Assembly (NCBI GenBank): GCA_900088475.1
Contig: FLMG01000570.1
Location: 1 to 64,000, forward strand
DNA from: Hyphochytrium catenoides
Lineage: Eukaryota; Protista; Hyphochytriomycota
DNA: 64,000 nt
Direction: 5' to 3'
In this document: in pieces, positions 63,386 through 64,000 of the stretch
Numbering within the stretch: the stretch's first letter is position 1
Layout: the number at the start of each line of letters is the position of its first letter
Translations under genes and position numbers: made by a program
Notes under the pieces: model-generated
Databases searched by the model: none
The model's input: only the letters and a program-made list of their open reading frames with translations
Told to the model about the DNA's origin: nothing

Positions 63386-64000
63386 AGCCCTCACGTGACA
63401 GGGCCTCACCCTCTGAGGTCACACTGCTTCCCGTGGAACCTATTCGAGTGTTGATGACTACCAGCAGTCCGACAAGGATGGACTGTAGACTCTACTAAAG
63501 TACTCCGAGCCTTGGGCAGCATTCGCTTGACATGCCAATGCTCTACGCTGCTCGCTCTTGTTCTAAAGGAGGCCTCAAGTTTCAGTGCTCACTTTAGCGA
63601 GCTTGATCGCGGAGAACTCCAGCAATCTGACTACTATTTATCGCCATCCTGTAGGGCTTCAGTAGAACTATGTAACAGCAGATGAAGCTGGCTCAGCAAG
63701 CTGAGTGCATGAAGGGTAAAACTCAAGGTAGTCCTGAGAGTAGTAGGCAGAACCATGATAACGCGAAATAGGGGGAAAGGAAACGACAATTACAGAACCC
63801 CCCTGGGAGCATAGGCCGACAAATGTCGTTTTGAAACTGTGTACGGATTCAATGAGCCAGGAAGGGACTAGGAAAATAAAGCGCGCGAAAGCACTAGGAA
63901 CTACCTTTATTGTACGAGTACAAGTGCGCCAGGGCGGTGCAAATTGTGCCACGGGGATTTTGACGTGTTTGGGGACCATGCGATGGTCTGCCTTAATTTA

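Overview
Gene-dense, intron-rich eukaryotic nuclear DNA. It uses the standard genetic code, and every intron I traced is GT-AG; many are about 55-75 nt, with a second class of about 150-400 nt. CFAP45 implies a flagellated lineage, and the gene content looks stramenopile-like (inference only). By hand-splicing exons I can support about 19 protein-coding genes. They are a tRNA-binding (EMAP II/Arc1-like) protein, NOB1, a membrane-anchored RimL-type GNAT, an 8-TM tandem double tetraspanin, a NadD/NMNAT, a UBL-PI4KII-gamma kinase, NSF, a two-module GYGD/CNBD channel, CFAP45, RING1 (PRC1), INPP5B/OCRL, an RCC1-BTB-BTB-TM protein, a DUF676 hydrolase split by DEP+PH domains, UXS1, TFIIE-beta with an extra inserted domain, and several hypothetical proteins. 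I found no rRNA, tRNA, CRISPR array or transposase. The most notable observations are: several unusual domain architectures; a reading-frame break in INPP5B that sits exactly on an in-frame U_UUA_AAG slippery heptamer (a sequencing error is the more likely cause); a perfect 16-bp hairpin enclosing the RING1 stop codon; and a 35-bp-period degenerate repeat array. Four N-gaps lie at about 28408-28455, 48271-48317, 48657-48698 and 51049-51121. Exon structures are manual predictions without RNA data.
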